IMG/VR virus record: IMGVR_UViG_3300023184_000025
Location: 62,001-126,000 of that record
Reading direction: 5' to 3' (one strand)
DNA: 64,000 nucleotides
This document shows positions 16,891 through 26,871 of the stretch, piece by piece (positions within the stretch are counted from its first letter, which is position 1; the number at the start of each line of letters is the position of its first letter). The notes beneath the pieces are model-generated. The model was not told the DNA's origin. It searched no databases and saw only the letters and a program-made list of their open reading frames with translations. The position numbers and the translations under genes were made by a program.

Positions 16891-17045
16891 TCTGCTACCA
16901 CCTTAAAATTGTCAAACTTCAGTTTGTACTTAATTGTATTTAATGTCTGCAGGCAAGAGTGTTGATCCAGGAAAGTCAATTCTATCCGTCCCGGAACGTC
17001 CTGAGGATTGTTTACGTGAACTGCCAGTATTATCAGTATCCACAC
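16875..17045 (-). CDS. Small protein (56 aa, not in the ORF track)
   Basis: GTG start with SD AAGGAG; MWILIILAVHVNNPQDVPGRIEL...ECKKQ. Confidence 0.55.
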   Translation of the reverse strand: MWILIILAVHVNNPQDVPGRIELTFLDQHSCLQTLNTIKYKLKFDNFKVVAECKKQ

Positions 17046-17793
17046 GGTCTTTCTCCTTGGTCCATGTAACTATTTCCCATGTACCATCGTGGTGTTCTAC
17101 CAGTGCTGTACAACTTTCAACCCAGTCGCCATCATTCATATACGCAACACCATCTATGGTTTTTATTTCAGCGTGATGTATGTGTCCACAGATCACACCG
17201 TCAAACCCACGCTTCTTGCAGTAAGCGGCAAGATTCTGTTCAAATTTGAATATAAAGTCTACGGCTTTTTTTACTTTGTGTTTAAGATACTTACTAAGAC
17301 TAAAGTACCCAAAACCCATGCGATGACGGATCCAATTGAATTTGCTATTAAGCGATAAAATAATGTCATATGCTTTGTCTCCTAAAAATGCTAGCCATGG
17401 TGCCAGTCTGGTAATGCCATCAAACAGGTCACCGTGTGTGACTAGATAGTGCTTGCCGTTGGCACCTATATGTTCGATTTGATTGTGTATTTCTACATGA
17501 CCAAAACTAAAACCATACGGTATCATGGGTCTTAGAAACTCATCGTGGTTGCCTGCTATATAAACAACACGGGTGCCACGCTTGGCATGACCCAGAACTC
17601 TTCGTACTACATTGGTGTGGCTTTGCTTCCAACGCCATTTGTTTTGTTGTATGCGCCAGGCATCAATGATATCCCCTACCAAATATAATGTGTCGCAGGA
17701 ATTGTGTTTGAGAAAGTTGTTTAACTTATCCGCTTGACAGTCTTTGGTACCAAGATGAACATCGCTGACAAAGATACTGCGGTATGTCTTCAT
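16930..17793 (-). CDS. PlcP/LpxH-like metallophosphoesterase
   Basis: SDVHLG, GDIID, GNHD, HGD, CGHIH, GDWVES motifs. Confidence 0.85.
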   Translation of the reverse strand: MKTYRSIFVSDVHLGTKDCQADKLNNFLKHNSCDTLYLVGDIIDAWRIQQNKWRWKQSHTNVVRRVLGHAKRGTRVVYIAGNHDEFLRPMIPYGFSFGHVEIHNQIEHIGANGKHYLVTHGDLFDGITRLAPWLAFLGDKAYDIILSLNSKFNWIRHRMGFGYFSLSKYLKHKVKKAVDFIFKFEQNLAAYCKKRGFDGVICGHIHHAEIKTIDGVAYMNDGDWVESCTALVEHHDGTWEIVTWTKEKDRVDTDNTGSSRKQSSGRSGTDRIDFPGSTLLPADIKYN

Positions 17794-17824
17794 CTATTAT
17801 TTAAGATAAAGACTAACAAAGATC

Positions 17825-17842
17825 ATTACAATTTTATTACAA
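17825..17842 (-). promoter_or_regulatory. Pho box-like TTGTAAT-AAAA-TTGTAAT
   Basis: 11-bp period direct repeat upstream of the plcP-like gene. Confidence 0.55.
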
Positions 17843-17844
17843 AA

Positions 17845-18594
17845 TCATACTCTTGTTGATATTTTAGCCAACTTTAAAAAGCCAAATAATTTAAGATACA
17901 TCCATCCAACGTCAAATTCAAACCAGCGTCGACTCAGACGAGGATTGCCTGGATCAAGGTGATGGTTATTGTGTAGTTCTTCACCACCAATGACAATTCC
18001 CCAAGGACTGAAGTTACGACTATGATCTTTGGTTACGCCATTTCTGTACCCTATCCAATGCCCAACACCGTTGACAACACCTGCGGCCCAGAATGGAATC
18101 CATAACATCTGAACTCCCCACACTACAAATCCCCACCAGCTGAAACAAAGTAAATTTATGCCCAATAGCAAAGTAATTCCTAAACGACTGTGTGCGGAAT
18201 ATATGTTGTGTTCTATCCAATCATCCGGGGTTCCAACACCATAGGCATTGACCATGTTTGTATCTTTGCTTGCTGAATGATATAATCCTGCTCCTTTGAA
18301 TAACACATGCCAGAATCCATAAACATGCGGAGAGTGAGGATCGCCTTCTGCATCACTATGTCTGTGATGTTTGCGATGTATTGCTACCCACTGTTTGGTA
18401 ACCATGCCTGTTGTCAACCATAACCAGGCTCGCATAAAATGTTCAAGTATCGGATTGAATTCTATTCCCCGATGCGCTTGGCCACGATGTAAAAATAAAG
18501 TAACACATACTATGGTAATATGTGTCGCTGTCAATGTGTATATTAGTGCTATCATGTAGTATATAGCTGACAAAAATAGTGCTACATATAGCAC
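17845..18594 (-). CDS. desA: Membrane fatty-acid (delta-9-type) desaturase
   Basis: His boxes HRGQAH, HRKHH, HNNHH. Confidence 0.9.
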   Translation of the reverse strand: MLYVALFLSAIYYMIALIYTLTATHITIVCVTLFLHRGQAHRGIEFNPILEHFMRAWLWLTTGMVTKQWVAIHRKHHRHSDAEGDPHSPHVYGFWHVLFKGAGLYHSASKDTNMVNAYGVGTPDDWIEHNIYSAHSRLGITLLLGINLLCFSWWGFVVWGVQMLWIPFWAAGVVNGVGHWIGYRNGVTKDHSRNFSPWGIVIGGEELHNNHHLDPGNPRLSRRWFEFDVGWMYLKLFGFLKLAKISTRV

Positions 18595-18609
18595 TATTAC
18601 TACAAGGGA

Positions 18610-18897
18610 CTAAGCAAGCATCCTAATCAGGCCAATACTGTCAATGGTGGTTAGCAATAGGTAGTTAGCCAACATGCCAAATGATTTCCTAGTATAAGCA
18701 GCCCAAGCATAGAGAGCGCAGCCAGCAATCCAAATAGGGTACAGAATAAGTAGAGGCGGAGTTGGGACTGTTGTTGCCATAGTAATGGAACAGCCAATGC
18801 TAATAGCCCAAGCGAGCAACTCAATAACAAAACGAATTCTATTAGACTTAAAGTCATCTTGTATCCAATCAAATGTAGGTTTTAAAAGTTCATTCAT
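18610..18897 (-). CDS. Small three-TM membrane protein
   Basis: Hydrophobic; ATGA overlap. Confidence 0.7.
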   Translation of the reverse strand: MNELLKPTFDWIQDDFKSNRIRFVIELLAWAISIGCSITMATTVPTPPLLILYPIWIAGCALYAWAAYTRKSFGMLANYLLLTTIDSIGLIRMLA

Positions 18898-19952
18898 GAT
18901 TTGTTGGGGAAAAAATCCTGCATCACACCTTCTCTGTGCAGGTCAAGTGTTACACAATGTATGCCACCGTCCCAAAAATATCTATGTCTAAACGGCACAA
19001 TGTGAGGAGTAATACCATATCTATCCAAGGCATCAAACACTTGTTTGTTGTAGTTAAACACCATGACATTCTTGGGATCAATAATCAACATGTTGACATC
19101 AAACACAGTTTCTTCTACGTATCCTGTCCAATGTCCCAGCCAGGTTTCAATAGTTTCAATTACATCATTGTCGTATTCAAAACCTGGGATCCACCACTTG
19201 CCGCGATTTTTTTGTTTTAAATCTAAAAATGGTTTAACCTTGCTCCAACTTTGGTCTTGAAGATACACCACTTCCCATCCAGGAAAAGTTTTTTCATAAG
19301 TGGGGATGTCACACAAACTAATAATCAATCCAGGACAAACAGGGCAGAATACGCCATCGGCATGACCACCAGTTTTAACTATATGATTTCTTGTATGTAA
19401 AAAATTTTCATTAATTTCTTTTTCAAGATTTCTTACTTGATCTATATTGGGCATTGTTCCAAAATATAAATCTTTTCCTATCCTAGATATCATTGCACCA
19501 TTGATAGTTGGGTGATTACTTATTTTAATTTGATTGCCCTGAGATTGTACATGTTTTACAATATCTCCATAACAGTCTTGCATGGTGGCAGTTAGCTGAC
19601 TGCTATTCCACGTGCTGATATTTGTGTTAGAACCGAGAAACATTTCTGAATCTGGCTTAGATGTATAAAAATCTTCTCCAGCCATGATCATAATATCCCT
19701 CGGACACATTGGTGGTGGAATATATCTTTCGCCTAATATTTTTTCTGTAGGAAAATTAGGCCTTAGTATCTCTACTCCAAATTCTTGCAATTTTTCGATT
19801 ATGTGCTGGTAATCTTCTTCTGTTTCGGTGGCTATTTTTTCCATGAGTTTACGCACATGTGTTACCTTAATCCATGAATAAAATTCAGGTGGGTAGCTAC
19901 GACCTACTACACAAACTTTCAAAGGATCCCAGTGTTGGTACACACTATACAT
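18894..19952 (-). CDS. Amidinotransferase (glycine/inosamine amidinotransferase family), copy 2
   Basis: WDPLKVCVVG, CPRD, GHADG, GGIHCVT motifs. Confidence 0.85.
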   Translation of the reverse strand: MYSVYQHWDPLKVCVVGRSYPPEFYSWIKVTHVRKLMEKIATETEEDYQHIIEKLQEFGVEILRPNFPTEKILGERYIPPPMCPRDIMIMAGEDFYTSKPDSEMFLGSNTNISTWNSSQLTATMQDCYGDIVKHVQSQGNQIKISNHPTINGAMISRIGKDLYFGTMPNIDQVRNLEKEINENFLHTRNHIVKTGGHADGVFCPVCPGLIISLCDIPTYEKTFPGWEVVYLQDQSWSKVKPFLDLKQKNRGKWWIPGFEYDNDVIETIETWLGHWTGYVEETVFDVNMLIIDPKNVMVFNYNKQVFDALDRYGITPHIVPFRHRYFWDGGIHCVTLDLHREGVMQDFFPNKS

Positions 19953-19980
19953 TTACATGTCTTTCATAAACCTGTTCACT
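19927..19980. repeat. 54-bp exact direct repeat (second copy 21142-21195)
   Basis: Covers the uvsE 3' end and the amidinotransferase start. Confidence 0.9.
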
Positions 19981-20031
19981 GTTAAAGTTATCTTGAATAC
20001 ATTCAGGTGTGGGCTTTAGTAGTTCATTCAT
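19945..20031 (-). CDS. 28-aa chimeric ORF at the duplication junction
   Basis: MNELLKPTPECIQDNFN + SEQVYERHVNV. Confidence 0.55.
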   Translation of the reverse strand: MNELLKPTPECIQDNFNSEQVYERHVNV

Positions 20032-21167
20032 TTTTTATTTGGAAAAAAGTCTTGCATCACACCTTCTCTGTGTAGATCAAGTGTTACACAGTGGATGCCG
20101 CCGTCCCAGAAATATCTGTGTCTAAAATTAATAACGTGTGGAGTAATTCCATATCTACTTAGTGCTTCAAACACGCGATCGTTGTAATTGAACACAATGA
20201 CATTTTTTGGATCAATAATCAGCATGTTGACGTCAAACACAGTTTCCTCAACATACCCGGTCCAATGTCCTAGCCAATTTTCTACAACATCAACCACATT
20301 CTGATCGTATTCAAAACCCGGTATCCACCATTTACCGTTGTTTTTGGCTTTTAAATCTTTGAATGGTTTAATGTGGTCCCAACTCTGTCCTGGGAGATAA
20401 ACAACTTCCCAGCCTGGAAAAGTTTCTGCATAAGTTGGTACATCTTTTAAACTAATAATTAGTCCAGGACAAACCGGACAGTAAACAGCATCTCCGTGAC
20501 CACCGGTATTGATAACATGTGTACGATTATTTGGAAACTCTTGGTTGACCACTTGTTTGATCTTGTTCTGATCGTCAGTGTACGATTCTGTGGCAAAGTA
20601 TAAGTCTTTACCAATTCGAGATGCCATCATTCCTTGCACACAGGGATGAGGACTGGTCTTTATTATATTACCCTGTGATCGAATACGATCAAATATTTTT
20701 TTATAAGGGGAGTGATGACGAAATACTTCTTCTTTGCTTGCATCAAGCCAATTGTGTACTTCAAGGCATTCCTGTTGTACATGACTTGGTAAATCAGTGA
20801 TGTCTACTGATTTTTCTGGCCAGCTTGGATCTTTAACTACGTTATAGAATTCTTCCCACTGATTTTTTGGTCTATAAAATGTCTCACCAATCATAACCAT
20901 AATGTCTCTGGGTTGCAGAGGAGGAGGTGTAAAAGGAGTCCTTGTCTGATTAAACCATTCTACAGGAATCTCAGGACGCAATACCTCTACACCAAAAGTT
21001 TCTAGCACCGTTGCAATTTTTTGCAGATCTTCTTCTGTTTCAATGGCAATACGCTCAAACAGTCTGCGCACATGTGGGACTTTGATCCAGTTATAGAACT
21101 CAGGTGGGTAGCTACGACCTACTACACAAACTTTTAATGGGTCCCAGTGTTGGTACACACTATACAT
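20028..21167 (-). CDS. Amidinotransferase, copy 1
   Basis: Same motifs; paralog of 18894-19952. Confidence 0.85.
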   Translation of the reverse strand: MYSVYQHWDPLKVCVVGRSYPPEFYNWIKVPHVRRLFERIAIETEEDLQKIATVLETFGVEVLRPEIPVEWFNQTRTPFTPPPLQPRDIMVMIGETFYRPKNQWEEFYNVVKDPSWPEKSVDITDLPSHVQQECLEVHNWLDASKEEVFRHHSPYKKIFDRIRSQGNIIKTSPHPCVQGMMASRIGKDLYFATESYTDDQNKIKQVVNQEFPNNRTHVINTGGHGDAVYCPVCPGLIISLKDVPTYAETFPGWEVVYLPGQSWDHIKPFKDLKAKNNGKWWIPGFEYDQNVVDVVENWLGHWTGYVEETVFDVNMLIIDPKNVIVFNYNDRVFEALSRYGITPHVINFRHRYFWDGGIHCVTLDLHREGVMQDFFPNKK

Positions 21168-22179
21168 TTACATGTCTTTCATAAACCTGTTCACTAGCCA
21201 GGTTCTTGCCTTTGGCTTCGCATTGAATATCAAATGTATCAGCAAAGGTCAATGCCCAATCGGTCACAGCGTCGTTCCAATAGAAGTCACTGTGTGCCCG
21301 GAGTTTCTGTTTCTTATAACCTCTAGCAAGAAGTTTATCAAGATCGGGTCTAGTTCCTCGGTCATGGTCAACCAAAAGGTCCTCGCGACTAACACTATAA
21401 TGAAGTGCAGGACGAGCGCCGCGCCAAGAGTCAATAACCCGCTTGACACGATCGTCCTGCGCGGTAATGTACTCTCCCGAGTTAATCCAGTGGTGGTGTA
21501 GGTCCAATACAAGAGCCACATGCTGAGCCACAGCCAAAGTAGTGTCAAGTCCATTTGTCATCTCATCATTCTCGATGGTAATTAAGTTTCTTGCTTCGGG
21601 GCTGAGCCTACTCAGAGTCTGCAAGAATTTAGCGGCACCACCTTTACCGCTCAAGTGTACGTTGATCTTGAACCCGTTGTCATGCCATGTGTTACCATAG
21701 CCCATCCACCGTGCCATATCAGCGTGGTATTCAAATTCCAGGATTGAACGTTCTACAATTTCATCTGCTTCGCTTGCTAGTACACAAAACTGGCCAGGAT
21801 GGAAACTCAAACGCACACCGTATTTACGTGCGGCTTCGCCTACGGGGGCAAAGATCTTTGCACAGTGATCTTGAATTTCTTGCCGTTGCCACCAGGCAAT
21901 CCATGATGGTTCAGTATAGCCCTGGAGCATTTCGCTACCGAGACGAACCATTCTACGTTCAGGGGGTAGTGTGGCTACACGTTCGATCATCCGCACAGCC
22001 GCCGATGTATTGTGATTCATGATATCCCATTGGCGTTGGTCTGCTTCGTCCGCATGCTCACGAAGCCACCTCATGGTAGTTGATCTGCCGTTTAGGTCAC
22101 GGTCTTTTGCGTTAACTTTCATACCGCCACATTCTGTGGGGTCATTAAGCCATTTGCAACAAAATCCAATTCGTCCCAT
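21160..22179 (-). CDS. uvsE: UV damage endonuclease
   Basis: RLSFHPGQF, NVH, IENDE, LDLHHH, AHSD, EAKGK motifs. Confidence 0.9.
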   Translation of the reverse strand: MGRIGFCCKWLNDPTECGGMKVNAKDRDLNGRSTTMRWLREHADEADQRQWDIMNHNTSAAVRMIERVATLPPERRMVRLGSEMLQGYTEPSWIAWWQRQEIQDHCAKIFAPVGEAARKYGVRLSFHPGQFCVLASEADEIVERSILEFEYHADMARWMGYGNTWHDNGFKINVHLSGKGGAAKFLQTLSRLSPEARNLITIENDEMTNGLDTTLAVAQHVALVLDLHHHWINSGEYITAQDDRVKRVIDSWRGARPALHYSVSREDLLVDHDRGTRPDLDKLLARGYKKQKLRAHSDFYWNDAVTDWALTFADTFDIQCEAKGKNLASEQVYERHVNV

Positions 22180-22187
22180 AGTGGCTC

Positions 22188-22379
22188 CTACCATTGATGA
22201 ATAACGTTAACACAAATAAAGAAACATGTGATTATATGTATGATAACCCAAAATGTCTTAAGGAAAAGCGCAATTCTAGCTTCACGCAAAGAAAGAATGG
22301 GAACATCGGGTCGATCTTCATCTGTCTGGCCCATCAAATGCCCAGTGGCTCTGGACCAGATGCGTTCAAGTGAATTCAC
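22188..22379 (-). CDS. Small membrane protein
   Basis: C-terminal TM; SD AGGA. Confidence 0.65.
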   Translation of the reverse strand: MNSLERIWSRATGHLMGQTDEDRPDVPILSLREARIALFLKTFWVIIHIITCFFICVNVIHQW

Positions 22380-22401
22380 AATAAAATCCTAGTGAGTTTG
22401 T

Positions 22402-22956
22402 TTACACTAGTAATTTTAACACATTTGGCATTACATCGCAAGTGAGATTGGATAATTTTTTAAAGGATTTGTCAACAGAATTTGGATGATCAACCAAAAC
22501 CCATTGCGTATCTGGGCTAGCCATAATAATACTATGTATTAGGGCAAAATAATTGAAGTTTTTATGCTCTTGAAATCTGTCAGAGGTTTTTTCTTTTTCA
22601 GATAAATCAAATCCAGCTAATAATACAATATCCGAAATGTTGCTAACTAGGTGTAATGCCACAACATCTTCTGGGCAGTCTACTTCCTGTGTAAATGTAC
22701 CTTCGTAGAGTTTAACACCCATTGGTCTTCCTATAGATTGGTAATAGTCTTTAGGCACATAAAAATTACAAACAGCTTGAAATGCACGTTGAATTAATTC
22801 TTGTGCTTTTGTCATGTCGTGACATATAACATTGTCAGTGGAGCATCCACGCCAGGTCTTCCATGAACCCCAGGTTGGACCTATGCTTTTAATAGAATCA
22901 AGGTTAACTGTTGGATCAATTTGATAGCTGTCGGCAAATACCCAATTTATTTTCAT
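22402..22956 (-). CDS. Hypothetical protein, possible Maf/sialyltransferase-like fold
   Basis: ALHL...IVLLAGFD motif. Confidence 0.45.
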   Translation of the reverse strand: MKINWVFADSYQIDPTVNLDSIKSIGPTWGSWKTWRGCSTDNVICHDMTKAQELIQRAFQAVCNFYVPKDYYQSIGRPMGVKLYEGTFTQEVDCPEDVVALHLVSNISDIVLLAGFDLSEKEKTSDRFQEHKNFNYFALIHSIIMASPDTQWVLVDHPNSVDKSFKKLSNLTCDVMPNVLKLLV

Positions 22957-24230
22957 TCAACAGCCTTTAAAGATTGCCAACGAAATGCGCCAATACATAC
23001 CCAGGCAAACGGAGTGTTGGGTTTTGGATCACTGTTAAACACAATGTCTCCGCGTGAGCCACTATATCCAGGAACTGTTGGTTCAAATGCAATACGATGT
23101 TTGTCAATTCTAATTTTTTTGACAGTGGTCTGACCTTCGGCATCTATATCAATGCTGGCCTGTCTATTAACACCGATCGACAATCCTTGTTTCCGACCTG
23201 TTCCAAAATATGCTTGATCTTTAGAAATTTTGCCCGACAACAACGATACTTCTTCGTCCCACACACTCAGAGCCATCTCTGGTTGATTGGTATTGATACC
23301 CACACGTTTATTGATAACCGCTAGAGTATCAAAGATTTTGGCCTGGCCCAAAACAGCAAGTTCTCTAAGAGTGCCAACTTTTTGTAAATTTGATTCAACA
23401 ATTGTTGGATTAATACTGTCATTTGCAATAAGTGGTTTTCCGTTTAGTGTAACTTCACTGAAGTCAATTCCCCCAGCCTTGGCAATATCCAATACTTGAT
23501 TAACTAAATGATTTTTCCATTCATCGTTGGATAGTTCTAGTGTGAGTGACGCAATTTTTGTAGCAAGTTCATTCCACGAATTGTTATCGGTGTTGATTTG
23601 TCCTTTTACAACAAGATTTTGTACTGTTAATGTGTCATCAACAATGGCATTTTTAGAAATAAGATTATTTTCTACTATCACAGTATCGTCAGTGACAATT
23701 AATTCTAATTTGGTTGATTGATCAATAATGCCTGAAGTTTTAAAATTGGTAATTAGTCGATCTTGCCAACGAGTAATACCGTTGTCAATTTCATTAACTA
23801 ACATTTTGTTTAGATCTATTCCGCTGATCTTTTGCAAAAGTTTTAGTGACATTTGCTTGTGAATAGTATTTTCAATTTTGTTTAACCAAGTAGAATCAAC
23901 TACTAGATTATCAATTGTAGACTCAACAAAAGTCTGCACAGAATTATCAACTGCCATTGATATTTTACTAGCATCTATGTATGAATCTAATCCAGGCACA
24001 TGCCCTTGTTCAAATAATTTAGTAACACTATTTTGTACAGTGGATACCAAATCAGGAACTGTTGATATATTGCTAAATTTTGCAGTAATCCTATCTTGTA
24101 CATGTTTTGTAATTTGTTCTTCAATGGCATTGAGCCATTTGCCGTTGCTCATGACGGCAGCAACTTGTTCAGCAACTGCTTTTGCTATTTGTTGTTCTAC
24201 TAACTCTGTTACCGATTTGGTGTCAAGCAT
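22953..24230 (-). CDS. Putative virion/tail-associated protein
   Basis: Helical N-terminus, beta-rich C-terminus ending GDIVFNSDP...WVC. Confidence 0.5.
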   Translation of the reverse strand: MLDTKSVTELVEQQIAKAVAEQVAAVMSNGKWLNAIEEQITKHVQDRITAKFSNISTVPDLVSTVQNSVTKLFEQGHVPGLDSYIDASKISMAVDNSVQTFVESTIDNLVVDSTWLNKIENTIHKQMSLKLLQKISGIDLNKMLVNEIDNGITRWQDRLITNFKTSGIIDQSTKLELIVTDDTVIVENNLISKNAIVDDTLTVQNLVVKGQINTDNNSWNELATKIASLTLELSNDEWKNHLVNQVLDIAKAGGIDFSEVTLNGKPLIANDSINPTIVESNLQKVGTLRELAVLGQAKIFDTLAVINKRVGINTNQPEMALSVWDEEVSLLSGKISKDQAYFGTGRKQGLSIGVNRQASIDIDAEGQTTVKKIRIDKHRIAFEPTVPGYSGSRGDIVFNSDPKPNTPFAWVCIGAFRWQSLKAVE

Positions 24231-25140
24231 GTTCTCTCCATAAATCTAATGTCGTACAGTGAAAACCGCCGCCTAATGTTCTACTATGTCGTAATTCCAA
24301 CGGAACTACTGTAAAACCTCGTTGCTCTAGTATGCGTATCAACTCTGTTTGCTTTTGGTCAACAATCACTGTTGTTGGGTCAACCACTAACATATTTAAG
24401 GCAATCCACTTGCTAGCATACGGGTAATTATAGAAGTCTTGCTCAATAACTTCATCTATATAAATTTTATCCCATTTTTCAAAAATTTTAGGGCAATTTG
24501 ATGAATTAACCCTGCTACCATTCAACAATACAAGGCCTTCGCGCAATGCGGTAATTGTAGAGTCAATATGCACACCACTATAAAAATTACAAATTTCAAT
24601 CTCCACATCCGGGAACTGTTGTTGTAGCCAATCATATGCGGCACGATTGCCTGATGGTGACTCTAAAAATAGCATCTTATCGTTTAGACGCAGTAGATTG
24701 GCCGCATCCAAAATCATACCTTCATTCCTGGGCATGTGTAGATAATTTGGTGACAAGTCAACAATGTTGTGATAGCATTGTAATTCCATGTTTCGACATG
24801 GATACATCATGGCAGTATCTACAATGGTGTCTTTATAAACTAGCAATCTGTCACGTGGGCAATAGTTGTACATTCCATCATGTGTTTGAAAGTTAAGTGG
24901 TTCCGGACGCACAACTTCTACACCTAGGCTGATCAGGGTTGTTGCCAACTTATCCAGATCTTCATTGGCTTCGTCAATGATCCTTTGAGGCACAGGACCA
25001 CGTGGAACAGGAGTTTTTTTCCAGGAAGTTTTGTTACTTTCCAATTTAAACACAGGATCGTTCACAGGCCAGTTTGCATCTGTGGCAGATCCAACTACAC
25101 AAGTTTTAAGTTTATCCCATTCGTTTTGGCTATAAATCAT
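24223..25140 (-). CDS. Amidinotransferase, copy 3 (StrB1-like)
   Basis: NEWDKL, CPRD, HIDST, GGGFHCTT motifs. Confidence 0.85.
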   Translation of the reverse strand: MIYSQNEWDKLKTCVVGSATDANWPVNDPVFKLESNKTSWKKTPVPRGPVPQRIIDEANEDLDKLATTLISLGVEVVRPEPLNFQTHDGMYNYCPRDRLLVYKDTIVDTAMMYPCRNMELQCYHNIVDLSPNYLHMPRNEGMILDAANLLRLNDKMLFLESPSGNRAAYDWLQQQFPDVEIEICNFYSGVHIDSTITALREGLVLLNGSRVNSSNCPKIFEKWDKIYIDEVIEQDFYNYPYASKWIALNMLVVDPTTVIVDQKQTELIRILEQRGFTVVPLELRHSRTLGGGFHCTTLDLWREHA

Positions 25141-25655
25141 AGATGTCCAGTAATTTGAAGAGTGTACCTTGGTTCAAGTCCAATGTTAGCTGCCATATGT
25201 GGAGTATCGTATGACCATTCAACCACGGTGCCGGCTTGCCAATTAACAACAGGTTCTCCTAACACTTCAAGATAATGTCCTGACTTCCAGTCTTCTACCA
25301 GAACAATAGCTCGTCTTATTTTGTGCTCTTGACCTTTTAATTTAAAAATATCAACATACCTAACATAAAGATCACTATGGGCTGGCATCACTGTTCCAGT
25401 ATGCATTCTGTAATAAGCAGTACCAATATCTTTCCATCCCCGAGATTCAAACAAATTAATAAATTTTTGATTCCACGATGGTAATTGATGTCTCATGTCA
25501 CAAAGGTCACCAGTAATTTTGCTCTGATATCCTTGATTGATCCAATGGTTAACACTTATTGGATCGTTAAACGGTTCATTGATGTAGTCAAGATGTTTGT
25601 ATTCATTATCCCAGAATACATCAATGTTGTACTTACGACTGTCGTGTGTTGCCAT
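25137..25655 (-). CDS. 2OG-Fe(II) oxygenase-like protein
   Basis: HSD...H...RYTLQITG. Confidence 0.65.
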   Translation of the reverse strand: MATHDSRKYNIDVFWDNEYKHLDYINEPFNDPISVNHWINQGYQSKITGDLCDMRHQLPSWNQKFINLFESRGWKDIGTAYYRMHTGTVMPAHSDLYVRYVDIFKLKGQEHKIRRAIVLVEDWKSGHYLEVLGEPVVNWQAGTVVEWSYDTPHMAANIGLEPRYTLQITGHL

Positions 25656-26871
25656 AGTGGATAATTTTGTAACCTGTCATATCAACCATTTTGCGCCATG
25701 GATCTACAATGATACTGCCAGCTTCAATAGGAGTATAGAATGTATCGTCTCGTACATCTCCAGTGTATCCATAGGTAATTTGTCGATTGTGTGCCATTAA
25801 TAATACCACAGGGCCTTTGACAGATGCAATTACATCGTTGTTGTCATCTGCCAATGGATCTAAATATTTAACGGTGCGGCCTGCTTCTTTAATGTAGTGC
25901 CCAATTAAAGTGCTGTAGCTACCAATACAATAAGGAACATCAGGCTTGTATGCTTTGCCATGAATGATAATTGGTAAATTTTTCTTTTCAGCAATATCAA
26001 CAAGAAATAGTGCTAGATTTTTTGCTTGAACTTCTCGAGCATGCATGATTGTATCAAACAAGTCATATCCAATGTCATACTCTTCAGCCAGCCAGCGCAA
26101 GGCAATGTTGTCACGTGGGTGGCATGCTCCTGCATCGCCCATGCCAGCTGTCATGTACTTGGGTCCCATAATACGCATGTTTGACTGTGCCAGTGCGTCA
26201 GTGACAACGTCAACGTTGATGTTACCAATCTTTAGTGCAAAGTCTTGAATCATGTTGACCAGTCCTACCTTGGCACTGATGAATGTATTATAGAAGATTT
26301 TGATGGCTTCGCATTCGTCCCAGGTGCCAGTCACATAACGTGGATTGTTTTTCATCAATGGACGATAGATATCTATTAGATCTCGCATTTCGCTGGCATC
26401 GCCTGTTTCTGTACCAATCATGACCATTTCAGGATTGGCCATGTCCCATTTTACGCTTCCCATGGCAATCAAATAAGGGTTGTATAAAAACTGATGTTTG
26501 TTATCTAACAACGTGGCAAAATGTCTACGTGTAGTTCCTGGAAGTACTGTAGAAATCAACACTACTCGTTTTGGTGTGGTGGCAAATTTGTTTACTTTAA
26601 CCAGGGCATCCTTAACTGCGTCGTGTCCAAAATCTTTTGGCTCCATATGACTAGATGGTACACTTCCGTCATACCCTTCGGTATGCGGTGTTGGTACAGC
26701 AATGAAAATCCAGTCACTCTTGTTGACTACCTCTTCGATGTCACAAACTTTAACCGACTCGCTTTCTCGTGGGTAAATATCATAACCACGTACAGTATAT
26801 TTTTCAGCGAAGACTTCTGCGCAATCCAAACCTAGCTTACCTAGGCCAATAAACCCAATATTATTTGACAT
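25633..26871 (-). CDS. UDP-glucose/GDP-mannose dehydrogenase family protein
   Basis: GLGKLG, AVPTP, STVLPGT, GACHPRD, AYKP motifs. Confidence 0.9.
   Translation of the reverse strand: MSNNIGFIGLGKLGLDCAEVFAEKYTVRGYDIYPRESESVKVCDIEEVVNKSDWIFIAVPTPHTEGYDGSVPSSHMEPKDFGHDAVKDALVKVNKFATTPKRVVLISTVLPGTTRRHFATLLDNKHQFLYNPYLIAMGSVKWDMANPEMVMIGTETGDASEMRDLIDIYRPLMKNNPRYVTGTWDECEAIKIFYNTFISAKVGLVNMIQDFALKIGNINVDVVTDALAQSNMRIMGPKYMTAGMGDAGACHPRDNIALRWLAEEYDIGYDLFDTIMHAREVQAKNLALFLVDIAEKKNLPIIIHGKAYKPDVPYCIGSYSTLIGHYIKEAGRTVKYLDPLADDNNDVIASVKGPVVLLMAHNRQITYGYTGDVRDDTFYTPIEAGSIIVDPWRKMVDMTGYKIIHYGNTRQS

Noticed and set aside
18894-21195. Repeat pair as DGR template/variable regions
   Set aside because: No reverse transcriptase; differences are not adenine-specific; explained by tandem duplication.
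18894-25140. Amidinotransferases as 7-deazaguanine (archaeosine) DNA-modification genes
   Set aside because: Wrong enzyme family, and no dpdA/folE/queC/queD recognised in the window.
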